The notes beneath the pieces are model-generated. The model saw nothing but the letters and a program-made list of their open reading frames with translations, did no database searches and was not told the origin of the DNA. From a virus (lineage: Duplodnaviria; Heunggongvirae; Uroviricota; Caudoviricetes), in IMG/VR virus record IMGVR_UViG_3300037346_000580, positions 64,001-118,848 of that record: a stretch of DNA of 54,848 nt. The stretch is one strand, 5' to 3'. This document shows positions 27,787 to 38,058 of the stretch, piece by piece (within the stretch, counting starts at the first letter, position 1; each line of letters opens with the position of its first letter). The translations under genes and the position numbers were made by a program.

Positions 27787-28797
27787 TTAATCTGGGCTTG
27801 ATGTTGTACTAAATCCTACTCCTTTTTGGTTTTTGCTTCTTGGTGTCTTCTTAAGATCTCTTAGATGTTTAAGAGCATCTTCATATTTATTATCCAATAG
27901 GAATACTGATATGAATAATTCTTTCAGATGAGAAATAGACATCCCGTCTGTGTCCTTAACCCACACGCTAAAGTCAATTTTGGCTTCGCTGCCGAGTTTA
28001 TTTTTTAAATAAGACATTCTTACTTCCGGAGACGGAGGAGCTATATAATACCTTCTATCAAAGCGAGAAGGACGGTTAGTGATTCTCTCCGCTAACTTTT
28101 CTGGGTAGTTAGTGGTTGCTATATAAACAACATTCTCAATTTGCTTAATTCCATCAAGCATATTTAGAAGCTGCGATGTAACATAACTACCTTCAGCAGC
28201 TATACCATCTATATCTTCTATGATAACTATAATTGGTCTCTCCGGTTCAATTTGTCTCAATTTTCCAATAACCTCCAGATAACCTCTAACTGTATCCTCG
28301 TCCTTAACATTTATTACTATACCTGACAGATCCCTAATTATATGCTTCATACAAAGTTGAAGAATACCAGATTTACCGCATCCAGGATCTCCATATAATA
28401 GGATTCCTCTTTTGTGCATAAGCTTATATTTGGCATACTCATCCTTTTTAGTCCAGAAACTCTTAAGATCCGTTAGAATTAACTCTATCTCCTTGGTAGG
28501 TAATTCATAAAGCTCGTCAGTGTTAACATCCTGCTTCATAAGACTCCATTCACTAGCTCTATTATTAAAATGTGGTTCATAAAGACCTGGAAATAGAACC
28601 TTCTGGGTTTTTTGAGCTGCTATATAACTACCATCGCCAACTATATTCCACTGGGTAAAATCATTTTTTCTTTTAGTTTCTTCTTCGTCTTCTGGAAGAT
28701 CTGATATAGATCCTGACTGGTGATATTCATTCATAGTATAGGTTTTAAATTTCTTAAGTGTTCGTCTTATTTCCTCAGATCTTTCTCTCTTCGACAT
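27787..28797 (-). CDS. AAA+ ATPase (classic clade)
   Basis: LLYGDPGCGKS, IIIEDID, LLNMLDG, TTNYPEKL, RPSRFD; start may be internal (MNEYH). Confidence 0.9.
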   Translation of the reverse strand: MSKRERSEEIRRTLKKFKTYTMNEYHQSGSISDLPEDEEETKRKNDFTQWNIVGDGSYIAAQKTQKVLFPGLYEPHFNNRASEWSLMKQDVNTDELYELPTKEIELILTDLKSFWTKKDEYAKYKLMHKRGILLYGDPGCGKSGILQLCMKHIIRDLSGIVINVKDEDTVRGYLEVIGKLRQIEPERPIIVIIEDIDGIAAEGSYVTSQLLNMLDGIKQIENVVYIATTNYPEKLAERITNRPSRFDRRYYIAPPSPEVRMSYLKNKLGSEAKIDFSVWVKDTDGMSISHLKELFISVFLLDNKYEDALKHLRDLKKTPRSKNQKGVGFSTTSSPD

Positions 28798-28990
28798 TCT
28801 TGATTTTTTTTAATTTCTCATATGTATCAATGACCTTCCATCTCTGATATCTAGGTTTTATATAAATATCTTTACTGTTGATCTCACTAATTGTTCCATA
28901 AAAAGGTCCAATTTTTCAACCAATTATAAAACCAATGGTGTTACTTATGATTTCTATCTTTTCTCCTGTTTTATATTTTGTGTATGTCAT
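28775..28990 (-). pseudogene. small hypothetical protein with in-frame TGA
   Basis: MTYTKYKTGEKIEIISNTIGFIIG*KIGPFYGTISEINSKDIYIKPRYQRW...; TGA at 28916-28918; start coupled to upstream TAA. Confidence 0.55.
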
Positions 28991-29538
28991 TACGTGTGCA
29001 TTTTTTTACCAACAAGCTGACATAAAAATTCAGATACCAAATCCATTTCTGGATTTCTCCATGCATGATTTAGATAATCAACTGGACTTCTATAGTGATA
29101 TCCGTTTCTCATTATATGTTCCTTACACGCTTTAGCAGTAAAGAAACAATTTGAATATTCAGGTTCCTCACTAACGCTACATGCTTTGAGCTCTGTGAAA
29201 TCCTCAATAAAATCGCTGATATCATAGTCTCTGTTCTTCCATTCTATTGTTGAATAGGGATCTTTCCATATTTTAATAAGATCATCGTCGGATGGCCGAT
29301 CAACTCCCATGTCATCCAAATATGATATAAAATCCTTTGCAGATTCAATCTCAAGCGAATTACTACAATCAATCCATATTTGATCATGCCCATTCAGCCC
29401 CCAATCATAAACTCTTTTATCGGATCTAACCTGGAACATATGTGGCATTCTTGTTCCTCTTGGATCCTGTGTTGTCATTTCAGTAGCAAGCTCAATAAGC
29501 TTATCGTACATTTCATCGGATAATTCTATTGTTTTCAT
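28990..29538 (-). CDS. hypothetical protein
   Basis: likely start ATG 29538, coupled to the Fpg stop. Confidence 0.75.
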   Translation of the reverse strand: MKTIELSDEMYDKLIELATEMTTQDPRGTRMPHMFQVRSDKRVYDWGLNGHDQIWIDCSNSLEIESAKDFISYLDDMGVDRPSDDDLIKIWKDPYSTIEWKNRDYDISDFIEDFTELKACSVSEEPEYSNCFFTAKACKEHIMRNGYHYRSPVDYLNHAWRNPEMDLVSEFLCQLVGKKMHT

Positions 29539-30356
29539 TATTTTTGTATTTGTGGTACCCAATGGGTCATTCTTTTATCCTTTGTTGTTTCTCTAATGAC
29601 GGTAAATCCATTTTCACATGTTTCTCTACCATACACTCTAAAATAAAATGCGAAATTGCCAACATCCCCATCAATATACTTATATGTGCTGATTGTGGCA
29701 CCTCTTCTGGCATATGAACTTCCAACAACATCCAGTGTTGCTTTATTTAATGCAGAAAACTCAGGATCTCTCAACGAGCCAACCAGCCTATGTGGGGAAA
29801 TCCCGGCTATATAGAGAACCTCAGCTTTTATATAATTTCCAATACCACCGATTAAAGATTGATTCATCAGAACCTCGGGTAGTGTCCGGTTTGGATATTT
29901 CATTAAACGTTCCTTAAATAGAACATCCGATATCTTGTCGCTTAGATGATTTGGCCCGATTGTTCTTTTCTTTTTATTTGTTTCCGCCAAGCTATCAGTA
30001 AATTTAAGTGTACCGAAATTGCGGATATCTGTGAAAAAAACGGAGGCTAATGTGGTTCTAAATTCTATATGACTATGTTTAATTTTGTCATTTCTCCATC
30101 CGCCAGACATACCTAAGGTGTTCCATGCCCACCATTTTCTTCCACTCATACCAGAGAATTCAAAAATTATAAGCTTACCTTGAAACGAAATGTCATCTAT
30201 TTTTGCTGGTAGATCATTTCTGAAGTTTTCCAATCCAACCGGATCACCATGCTTTGCATAGCGTCCGGAATGTATAATAACATCCTCTAATATTTCCTTG
30301 TCTATTGCTTGTTTAAGGGAATAAACTGTTCGTGCTACTTCAGGTAATTCTGGCAT
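29538..30356 (-). CDS. Fpg/Nei-family DNA glycosylase/AP lyase
   Basis: MPELPEV, LGMSG, DIRNFG, H2TH LMNQSLIGGIGNYIKAEVL, VYGR. Confidence 0.9.
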   Translation of the reverse strand: MPELPEVARTVYSLKQAIDKEILEDVIIHSGRYAKHGDPVGLENFRNDLPAKIDDISFQGKLIIFEFSGMSGRKWWAWNTLGMSGGWRNDKIKHSHIEFRTTLASVFFTDIRNFGTLKFTDSLAETNKKKRTIGPNHLSDKISDVLFKERLMKYPNRTLPEVLMNQSLIGGIGNYIKAEVLYIAGISPHRLVGSLRDPEFSALNKATLDVVGSSYARRGATISTYKYIDGDVGNFAFYFRVYGRETCENGFTVIRETTKDKRMTHWVPQIQK

Positions 30357-30359
30357 ATC

Positions 30360-30731
30360 TTATTTTTTTACATAATTAGTTTCTAAATATTCCCAGGTCG
30401 ATTGAACTGAATAACAAATAGGTTCGCCGTTTTCGTCACTAGTTTCCCATCTTGGATCCCCTTCCTCCTTTATTTTTTTCATGACACCATCAACGTTTTC
30501 ATATGTTGCCGATTTGCTCCAATCCTTCTCCCCGAAATCTGCTTCAAAACAGAACCAATCAAACCATCCAGCTCCTTCTTCCCCATATACCTCCCTTATG
30601 AGAAGGCTTATTATAGTTTCCAGATCGTCGCAGAAATTAGCAAGATCTATATCAATTGCAAAAGCCTTGCTGTTTTTTTCACCATGACTCCTCATTCTTT
30701 TGATTATCTCCTCAAACTTAGAATACTCCAT
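30360..30731 (-). CDS. hypothetical protein
   Basis: 123-aa ORF. Confidence 0.7.
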   Translation of the reverse strand: MEYSKFEEIIKRMRSHGEKNSKAFAIDIDLANFCDDLETIISLLIREVYGEEGAGWFDWFCFEADFGEKDWSKSATYENVDGVMKKIKEEGDPRWETSDENGEPICYSVQSTWEYLETNYVKK

Positions 30732-31787
30732 TTATTTTACTTTTATTAATTTAGAATATATGACATTACCGTTGCAAGGAAAGTCATAATAGTGTTCAAT
30801 CTCCCAAGTTCCGGGTTCAACCTTCAGTGTAACAACATCAATATAATCATTCTTGAGTGCTTCCAAGTCTTCACCATAGGAATCGAGTACAAATTTATCA
30901 GCACATTGCCATCTCCAAACGCTCATTGAAACGTTACCATTCAATATAAATCCATCAGATACAAATTTTTTTTCTAAATTTTCTGAATCCTCAAGATCCT
31001 TATAAAACATCTTTTTCTCCTTTTCAGTCATTTCATCAAACCTTTCCGGATGATCCTCGTAGTATTTGGCATTATCCCGGGCAGCTGGATAGGTATTACA
31101 AACGTAAATTTCGTCCTTTCCATTACTACAGATATCAGCACTCATATTTCCCATCTGACCGAAACCAACATTTCTTGTTGCTAAATTCTGCATAAGAGCA
31201 TCTCTACCTAAAATTGAATTTATACCAGGCTTACCCCATTCGTTATTAGGGTCACAATATAATTCCTTGGTTCTGAATAAGTTAGAAAAAACTAATTCTC
31301 CGGTTGGAACCTCTATTCTAGAAACCATCTTGGATCTTTCCCTGAGATTCCCGCAAGCACATGGCTTTACATCAGAAATCAGAAATTTTCTTCCTTCCCC
31401 ACTCTTCTCTGATACTATCGAATAAAAATGTTCGTAATCAGAATAAGCGATTGTTTTCTCGTCAATAAGAACAACCCGCAGATTTTCATCACAATCGAAA
31501 CAATACCCATCAATTCTTAATAGATCATCTCCAAACTCAAGATCATCATTAAGATCACTTGTATACCAATTAAGCATTCCTTGATGTTGATTCTCTCTTG
31601 TTTCTGGTTCATTGTCCTTTATCTTTTGTGTGTACTCTTTAATTCTATCGCGCAGATGTCCAACCTCTCTCTCGAGTTTATCTATAAGTGGATTTGTATA
31701 ATGGGATCCCATTATTGTTATACCTCCTTCCTTGAGTCCATCTATTACATGTTGTAATTTCATATTATTTGGTTTTACAGTATTCAC
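30732..31787 (-). CDS. hypothetical protein
   Basis: 351-aa ORF with CFDC/CAC motifs. Confidence 0.75.
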   Translation of the reverse strand: MNTVKPNNMKLQHVIDGLKEGGITIMGSHYTNPLIDKLEREVGHLRDRIKEYTQKIKDNEPETRENQHQGMLNWYTSDLNDDLEFGDDLLRIDGYCFDCDENLRVVLIDEKTIAYSDYEHFYSIVSEKSGEGRKFLISDVKPCACGNLRERSKMVSRIEVPTGELVFSNLFRTKELYCDPNNEWGKPGINSILGRDALMQNLATRNVGFGQMGNMSADICSNGKDEIYVCNTYPAARDNAKYYEDHPERFDEMTEKEKKMFYKDLEDSENLEKKFVSDGFILNGNVSMSVWRWQCADKFVLDSYGEDLEALKNDYIDVVTLKVEPGTWEIEHYYDFPCNGNVIYSKLIKVK

Positions 31788-32132
31788 TTAGATCCTTCCA
31801 TGTTGGTGTTTCTCCAGGATTTACAAACATCTCCCAGCCATTCTCATACACGTGTCTCTGATTACTAAGCCAATTTTCGTCACTATAGTCAATGTATCTC
31901 AATTCAGTATTTCCGTCCCCGCTCTGGTGCAAATATGCGCTGTCAAATTTTGCTCCGTCAGTTATGAAATGATCACAACTGGATGACCCAGAAAGCCAGG
32001 GTTCCTCGTCCATAACCTCGACATATTTCTTTTTTGCATTAAACCAATCCTTCACAAAATCACCAGAGTCGAATATAAACTCTCCCTTATTGGTATGTAG
32101 ATACCAAAATTAACTCCAGTGTATGTTCCCAT
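31765..32132 (-). pseudogene. hypothetical protein with single-base frameshift
   Basis: ATG 32132 MGTYTGVNF; one extra T in the run at 32106-32109 gives WYLHTNKGEFIFDSGDFVKDWF, joining the track ORF. Confidence 0.7.
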
Positions 32133-32148
32133 CGATTATTATTTTATG

Positions 32149-32178
32149 CAAATATAATAAAAAGTATCGGAAATAAAA
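32149..32178 (-). promoter_or_regulatory. early-type promoter CCG-N11-TATATTTG
   Basis: core 32156-32149, CCG 32170-32168. Confidence 0.7.
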
Positions 32179-32207
32179 AATAAATATATAAATAAAATTA
32201 AAAGATA

Positions 32208-32423
32208 ATGAAACCAAGTCAAGAATATTTAGACATGATCTCTAAAAGACTGGAGGCTATGAATCCAGGTTTGGTAGGTGGGGTTAATATAGGTGGCGAA
32301 TGTATGGAGCCATTCAAAATGCCGAGTTTTATAGACCAGGTCGGGTTAACCGCCATGGAATATCTAAAAAGCAAAAATGAAATAGCTACCGAGCCGGATC
32401 CTTTGTTTCCTAATAGAAATTAA
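32208..32423 (+). CDS. hypothetical protein
   Basis: 71 aa; preceded by AATATATAAAT (32183-32193). Confidence 0.6.
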   Translation: MKPSQEYLDMISKRLEAMNPGLVGGVNIGGECMEPFKMPSFIDQVGLTAMEYLKSKNEIATEPDPLFPNRN

Positions 32424-32548
32424 AATATAAGATTATACAGCCAGACAAATATGTTATATGCTATAGTAAAAATAACAGCCCATGCTATAATAGCAGACCA
32501 GTTTAAGCATCTCATATTTTTTTTCCGACATTCAAATTTCTTTTTCAT
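32420..32548 (-). CDS. small membrane protein (42 aa, not in track)
   Basis: MKKKFECRKKNMRCLNWSAIIAWAVIFTIAYNIFVWLYNLIF. Confidence 0.5.
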   Translation of the reverse strand: MKKKFECRKKNMRCLNWSAIIAWAVIFTIAYNIFVWLYNLIF

Positions 32549-32551
32549 TGT

Positions 32552-32851
32552 TTAATCAGTTACGTATTTCAAATCATATTTCTTAGCTGCAGCTTTAAAA
32601 TGGTGAGTAATAAAATCATCTATTGATTTCCAATCTTCCATTTCACTTGCTTTCTCCCACCAAAGACCTCTTATTTCATTAAGATCTTCAATGGCTCTTG
32701 AAAATTCTAAAACTTCAGTTGTTGATTGTTTAGCTCTGTTTAAAACTTCAATTGTATAGTTCCAGAGGTAAATAGAAGCACTAAGATCCTCATCCATTGC
32801 TTCACATTCTATTAATGTTTGACCTTTAGGGTTTCTTAAAAAGTGTATCAT
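32552..32851 (-). CDS. hypothetical protein
   Basis: 99-aa ORF. Confidence 0.7.
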   Translation of the reverse strand: MIHFLRNPKGQTLIECEAMDEDLSASIYLWNYTIEVLNRAKQSTTEVLEFSRAIEDLNEIRGLWWEKASEMEDWKSIDDFITHHFKAAAKKYDLKYVTD

Positions 32852-32863
32852 TTCTTAATTTGG

Positions 32864-33202
32864 TTATTTTTTTATTATTGCCCATTCAACATTTTTTCTC
32901 ATCCATTTTTCTGCATCCATATCAATTTGTTCTTCATCGGTATAAACTGGAGAAATGTCAAAGTAATGAAGCATACCATTCGGTAGAGACATTGGCTTTA
33001 CCTCAACAAGATCCAGCCCAACAGTTTTTGGAAAAACCCTCAGTAACGGGAGGAATAGGTTGGAAGCATTATCAGTTTTATTATACAGATCAGAAACTAA
33101 TGTTCTATCCGCTATTTCAGAGATATGCTCCCAATGTCCCATTAGTTCATTGATACATTTTTCCTTATCTGCGATATTATTTGGATTCTTTCTTTTCCCC
33201 AT
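32864..33202 (-). CDS. small protein containing a T4 gp23 (major capsid)-like segment
   Basis: LPLLRVFPKTVGLDLVEVKPMSLPNGMLHYFD resembles RR..P.L...D..GVQPM..P.G.IF. Confidence 0.5.
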   Translation of the reverse strand: MGKRKNPNNIADKEKCINELMGHWEHISEIADRTLVSDLYNKTDNASNLFLPLLRVFPKTVGLDLVEVKPMSLPNGMLHYFDISPVYTDEEQIDMDAEKWMRKNVEWAIIKK

Positions 33203-33586
33203 TATCTATATATTTATCCTTTACCTTATCAGAAATCGGTATAGGGTCTCCATTCTCATCTATACGAACGAATTTCATATTTGTAGATAAAATTACTGAT
33301 TGTGTTCCAGAATAAACATTATGTGATCTAGCTTCCATATATAATGTGATGGAGGTGTTACCTATGCTTAATACCTCACCATATATCTTTATAATTTGGC
33401 CCTCCTTAGCTGGCTTCTTAAAAACACATTTATCTATTAGTATGGTTACCATCCTAGGGAATCACAAGCTTCCATAGCATAAACAGCCGCACCTGCATCC
33501 ATCCATGCCATTAGCTTACCACCGAAAAGGTTTCCATGAAATCCAAGATCAGATTTCTTTATTGGGTGTGATGATATTAGCTCCAT
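33177..33586 (-). pseudogene. HotDog-fold acyl-CoA thioesterase with single-base frameshift
   Basis: MELISSHPIKKSDLGFHGNLFGGKLMAWMDAGAAVYAMEACDS; one more C near 33457 gives PRMVTILID.. of the track ORF. Confidence 0.8.
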
Positions 33587-33879
33587 TATCTTATTTTTTG
33601 CATATCAAATTCAAAATACTTAATATTTTTCTTTATTATGGTTTTTACTAGTTTTTCATTAAAAGATAAAATCTCGTTAGCATGTTTATATTCCTCTCCT
33701 GTAACTAGTTTTGGATTGATACAATCAACTCTAGTTTCGCCTTCCGTTATTGGGTAAATATAATGTAAAATATCTTCATGAGCACCTAATGATCTAGATA
33801 TTTTATCCATAATCTCAGCTGCCTTTGCTGGAATAACATTACCAACGTTTATATAATGTGCTAATATGATCTTATCCAT
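33586..33879 (-). CDS. hypothetical protein
   Basis: 97-aa coupled ORF. Confidence 0.7.
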   Translation of the reverse strand: MDKIILAHYINVGNVIPAKAAEIMDKISRSLGAHEDILHYIYPITEGETRVDCINPKLVTGEEYKHANEILSFNEKLVKTIIKKNIKYFEFDMQKIR

Positions 33880-34388
33880 TATCTTACTAGATTACCTTTT
33901 CTAACTTTAATTTTTCTTTTATAGTATATTTTATCATTAGACATAATAATTATTTCATAATTACCATCGCTAATCGATGACCAAGAATTCATTATACCAT
34001 TTGTAGACATATAACTATCATAATAGAAATAAACTATTCTACAATAGCCAAGCATTGGACTATTTTGTATTTCATAGGAAACCTCGGTATCACCGCAGCT
34101 TTCACCTTTTTTGTTCATATATTCACATAACCTATCCTGATAAACAACAGCTAAACTATCCTCTGACTTCCTGAATTCCAAAAGACTATTAAATTCCAAT
34201 ATACCTACCGTTATCTTTTCACCAACCAGATGGAAATAATAGGTATCGGGAAGTTCGATATGTATACCACCTTTTAAATATCCATGGTCTACACTAAACC
34301 CGTAATTTTTAACATCTAATGTACATTTATCCTGTGAGAAAGATGAAATCGACATAGCTAATAGCGAAAATAATAAATAATTTTTCAT
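33879..34388 (-). CDS. secreted hypothetical protein
   Basis: signal peptide MKNYLLFSLLAMSISSFSQ. Confidence 0.7.
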   Translation of the reverse strand: MKNYLLFSLLAMSISSFSQDKCTLDVKNYGFSVDHGYLKGGIHIELPDTYYFHLVGEKITVGILEFNSLLEFRKSEDSLAVVYQDRLCEYMNKKGESCGDTEVSYEIQNSPMLGYCRIVYFYYDSYMSTNGIMNSWSSISDGNYEIIIMSNDKIYYKRKIKVRKGNLVR

Positions 34389-34417
34389 ATTTTAATGATT
34401 TTATTAGAAAATATTAG

Positions 34418-34447
34418 CAAATATAAATAATTATTACGGTAATTAAA
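34418..34447 (-). promoter_or_regulatory. early-type promoter CCG-N11-TATATTTG
   Basis: core 34425-34418, CCG 34439-34437. Confidence 0.7.
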
Positions 34448-34449
34448 AA

Positions 34450-34833
34450 TTATTTTTGATTTTCTTTAAAATTATATTCAAATATTTTACATTCTGTATT
34501 CAGAGCAGAAAGATCAGGATACGCCGTATCGCCAGCAGATTTATTTTCTATTCTTGATATGTGAAGCTCTGTAAACAAATGACAGTATTTTTCATAAGTT
34601 TTTTTACCTCCTATACACCAATCTATACCATCAGTTATAATAACTCCTCTTTCGTCGCTTACTACTGTTCTACCAGGAAGAGGTGGCATCTTCTGAGCTG
34701 TATTATGACCTACCAAAAGGGTACAACCATCAGTCATTTTTTTAAAGTGTTTTAGATCTTCAGAACATCTCCAAGGAAGTGAATCATTCAGACCAATATA
34801 ATCTAGTTCATTTACTGCTATTATTGCTTTCAT
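34450..34833 (-). CDS. folA: dihydrofolate reductase (short)
   Basis: IIAV...IG...LPW...DLKHFK..T...LVG..T...PPLPGR, IGG..TY, GDTAYP. Confidence 0.9.
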   Translation of the reverse strand: MKAIIAVNELDYIGLNDSLPWRCSEDLKHFKKMTDGCTLLVGHNTAQKMPPLPGRTVVSDERGVIITDGIDWCIGGKKTYEKYCHLFTELHISRIENKSAGDTAYPDLSALNTECKIFEYNFKENQK

Positions 34834-35008
34834 TATTTAATTGTTTTTTATATATTTCTAATTGTAAGCTATCTCTTTGGAATCTTATATGTTCCCTATG
34901 CGATTTTAGATCCGAACTTTTTTTCAATTCATGACCAAAAGTAAACAGGCCAAGTATAAATAGGGAGGCTATCGCAAATAAGCCGATTGTTTTTAAATTT
35001 CTATTCAT
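34808..35008 (-). CDS. small membrane protein
   Basis: N-terminal hydrophobic helix. Confidence 0.6.
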   Translation of the reverse strand: MNRNLKTIGLFAIASLFILGLFTFGHELKKSSDLKSHREHIRFQRDSLQLEIYKKQLNNESNNSSK

Positions 35009-35014
35009 AACTAC

Positions 35015-35773
35015 CTATTTGAAAACTCTGTCTCTTTCCATTCTCCTTAAACATTCTAATGCGGTCTCTCCCGCTCTGAATTCATAGCTACATCCCGTGC
35101 ATCCACCTTTCCAACTACCACTTCTTTCCCCAACCTCACCACTAAACTCTATCTCCAAATAATGATGGCATTTTACATGCAACCCAAACCACCTTCTCCA
35201 ATATCTTTTCTCCTGATATACCGTTGCTATTCTTTCCTGGATTTCCCCGAATTTTAGTGTGTATGTGTATGGATATTCATCTAAAACCATTTCATTTTTC
35301 CATTTTTCTTTATCCCAAAAATCATCTCCTCTTTCCTCTTTCCTCCATCCCGATTTATGAAGGACCTCTCTTTTTAGAAATTTATATCCCCACGGAAAAT
35401 CGAAACTCAATTTAGAAAATCCTCTAACCAAAAATTGATTAGGAAATCCGCTATCCGCATGGTAGAACATAAGGCCATAGGTCTTAGATTCTGCAGTATT
35501 ATTTCTTCCAGTATCATATGGCAGATGCATATATAAGCTTCCCCAGCTATAAAAGCATAGAAATAGAGATACTGGGATTAACCATAAGCTTATGAATGGA
35601 AGGATCAGAGCTGCAAGTGTCGTTAGATTTGTGTTTATCTGCGGTCTTGGGTCAAAGTAACCATTATTTTCATAAGTTAAAGAGAATCCAGTTCCTTTGT
35701 CTCTATTCGGATAAAAGCTTATCCATTTTTTGTAATCCTCAGTTTCTGCGTAGGTGAAGTTAAATTTTATCAT
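35015..35773 (-). CDS. hypothetical protein
   Basis: 252-aa ORF. Confidence 0.75.
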   Translation of the reverse strand: MIKFNFTYAETEDYKKWISFYPNRDKGTGFSLTYENNGYFDPRPQINTNLTTLAALILPFISLWLIPVSLFLCFYSWGSLYMHLPYDTGRNNTAESKTYGLMFYHADSGFPNQFLVRGFSKLSFDFPWGYKFLKREVLHKSGWRKEERGDDFWDKEKWKNEMVLDEYPYTYTLKFGEIQERIATVYQEKRYWRRWFGLHVKCHHYLEIEFSGEVGERSGSWKGGCTGCSYEFRAGETALECLRRMERDRVFK

Positions 35774-35788
35774 TTTTAATTTTTTATA

Positions 35789-37033
35789 TTAATTAGAGAG
35801 TGGAGCTTTAATTGTTGGATGTGATTGGTAATCCTCCATTTCAAAATCACATGGTAGTAATCTTTGGATTAATTCATCAATTGTATTATATGGAATCTCA
35901 TCTAATGCTGGACAATCAAATGTTGGTAAAGGATAAGGTTCACGTGTTCTCTTTGGCGTAGGCTCATAATATTCATCATCGTAGTTAGGTAAATTATTAG
36001 GATTAAAATTCCTCTCCATGCCGGTCTCATAGTTAAGACGAAACCATTCATTATATCTTTCTTCTCCGGTTAATTCTCTACCAATTTGTTCTTTTGCCTG
36101 CTCGATATGATTAGAATATAAGTGGGTATCTCCTAAATTTCCAATTAGTTCATCAGGAACCATATTAACTACTTTAGCAATGATTTCTAATAATAAACCA
36201 TAAGAGGCTATATTGAATGGTAAACCTAAAAATGTATCTACAGAGCGTTGATTCCACATTAAAGATATTGCTCGTGTTGGAATTTCGCAATCATTCATTA
36301 GTTTAGCGTTAAACCCTTTGATATATTTCTTATCCTCTATCTTAAATCTTTCAGTTGATTGAAATATGTTACATCTTTCTTCGTAACTCAACTCCCTAGT
36401 ATAAACTTGAAATCCGTAATGACATGGGGGAAGTACTTGATTCTGGAGATCCGATGGATTCCACGTCGTTACCATTAATCGTCTACTGTCGGGGTTTGTT
36501 TTTATGTCGTTTATTAAGTTTGCGATTTGGTCTATACCTTTTTCATAGACTCCAGGATTGGTTATTTTTTCTTCTCGAGTTGTTTTAGTTAAACCGAAAT
36601 TTCGCCATTGTGCACCATAAATTTTCCCTAATTCTCCAAATTTATTACTAAATTCTTCATCATTTTTTATTTTATCAATAAACTCTGTCTGTGATAAGCA
36701 CCCATCGGTATACGGCCCAGAAAATGGCGGATTTTCCTTTAACCAATTACCTTTATATGCCTGATAACAATCGCCATTCCAGATATTACATCCATTATCA
36801 ACCAAGTATTTGATATTAGTATCACCACGGAGGAACCATAGTAACTCAGTTACGATTCCCTTAAAATAGAGACGTTTTGTAGTCAATAGCGGGAATTTAC
36901 CATCATTAAATTTATATCTAATAGTTCTACCAAATACACTTAATGTTTTCCCGTTACGGGTTTCTTTTTCAACTCCGTTCTCTAATATATCCTTCAATAA
37001 TTCAATATACTGTTCGTCTAGACCATTTTTCAT
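35789..37033 (-). CDS. thyA: thymidylate synthase with large insertions
   Basis: FPLLTTK, ELLWFLRG, YGAQWR, SRRL, LPPCH, QRSVDTFLGLPFN, DTHLYSNH. Confidence 0.95.
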   Translation of the reverse strand: MKNGLDEQYIELLKDILENGVEKETRNGKTLSVFGRTIRYKFNDGKFPLLTTKRLYFKGIVTELLWFLRGDTNIKYLVDNGCNIWNGDCYQAYKGNWLKENPPFSGPYTDGCLSQTEFIDKIKNDEEFSNKFGELGKIYGAQWRNFGLTKTTREEKITNPGVYEKGIDQIANLINDIKTNPDSRRLMVTTWNPSDLQNQVLPPCHYGFQVYTRELSYEERCNIFQSTERFKIEDKKYIKGFNAKLMNDCEIPTRAISLMWNQRSVDTFLGLPFNIASYGLLLEIIAKVVNMVPDELIGNLGDTHLYSNHIEQAKEQIGRELTGEERYNEWFRLNYETGMERNFNPNNLPNYDDEYYEPTPKRTREPYPLPTFDCPALDEIPYNTIDELIQRLLPCDFEMEDYQSHPTIKAPLSN

Positions 37034-38055
37034 ATTATAATAAAATTAAAATTTATACCTGCATTTAAAATTGAATCTCTTTTTAATAGATTCTTTTTCT
37101 TTTCCTTATTGAATGTGTATGTTGACTTTACCTCAATAACCCTATTTTCTGATTTGATGTAAATGTCTGGATAATATCTATGTTCTTTATTTTCATATAT
37201 ATAGTGAAAAAATCCAATACAATCAATTATATTTTGAACTCCTACCACAATATCATGCTCATCATAATCAATAACTAATTTAGCTAATACTCTTGGTTCA
37301 TATCCTTGAACTCTAACGACCTTTCCTGACGGAAATTCAAAATCATAATACGAATATCCACCTGATTGTTGTTTTGCATTTATATAATCCACTTTCGAAA
37401 CCCATTCTTTACCATGTTTCTTAATAGCAGTTTCGACACACATATCATACCATTCTGATGTTTTGGAAAAATATTCAACATTGTATTTTTCTATATTGGT
37501 ATTTTTCATTTTAGTAAATAATTCTGGTGATGCCATTCCAACTCCTCCATATTTTTCAATACATGTATTATTCCTTCTATCCGAAACATCTTTATTTCTC
37601 ATAGCATAATCACCCCAATTATTAATATGTGATTGTTTATTTTTCTCAATAACACATGGTAACTTAGATGCTATATCAACGCCGTATTTTTCTAGATTAG
37701 TACTTCTTCTTCTATCTTGTATTTCAGTAACTTCATATATACTTTTATTAATCCATTTTTGTTTCATTTTATTAGTAACAGATTCATTATTATTACTACA
37801 TTTACTAGAACAATATTCATTATAAACATTTATTAAAATATTTTTATTACATGTTCTACACAATTTAGGTGTGTTTATATAACCTTCTTTGATATAATTA
37901 AATCTAAATCTAAGATGTGTATCTTCTGGTAAAAAACTAGTAGTTTCTAATAAAGTATCTAAATATATTTTATTATGTGAGATTTTTATTTTTTTAGTGT
38001 TAATTCCGCCTTTTTTATTTGTAAAATCTTTTAGAAGTTTATCTATAATATCCAT
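37030..38055 (-). mobile_element. free-standing putative homing endonuclease (Zn finger, EKYGV repeats, PD-(D/E)xK nuclease)
   Basis: CRTC..YCSSKC, repeated T.IEKYG/NV, QGYEP, YYPDIYIKSENRVIEVKS; visibly more AT-rich than flanks. Confidence 0.75.
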
Positions 38056-38058
38056 AAT

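Noticed and set aside
1012-33460. Programmed ribosomal frameshifting at the broken genes
   Set aside because: The sites are short, unrelated homopolymers with no common slippery heptamer or stimulatory structure; error or decay is simpler.
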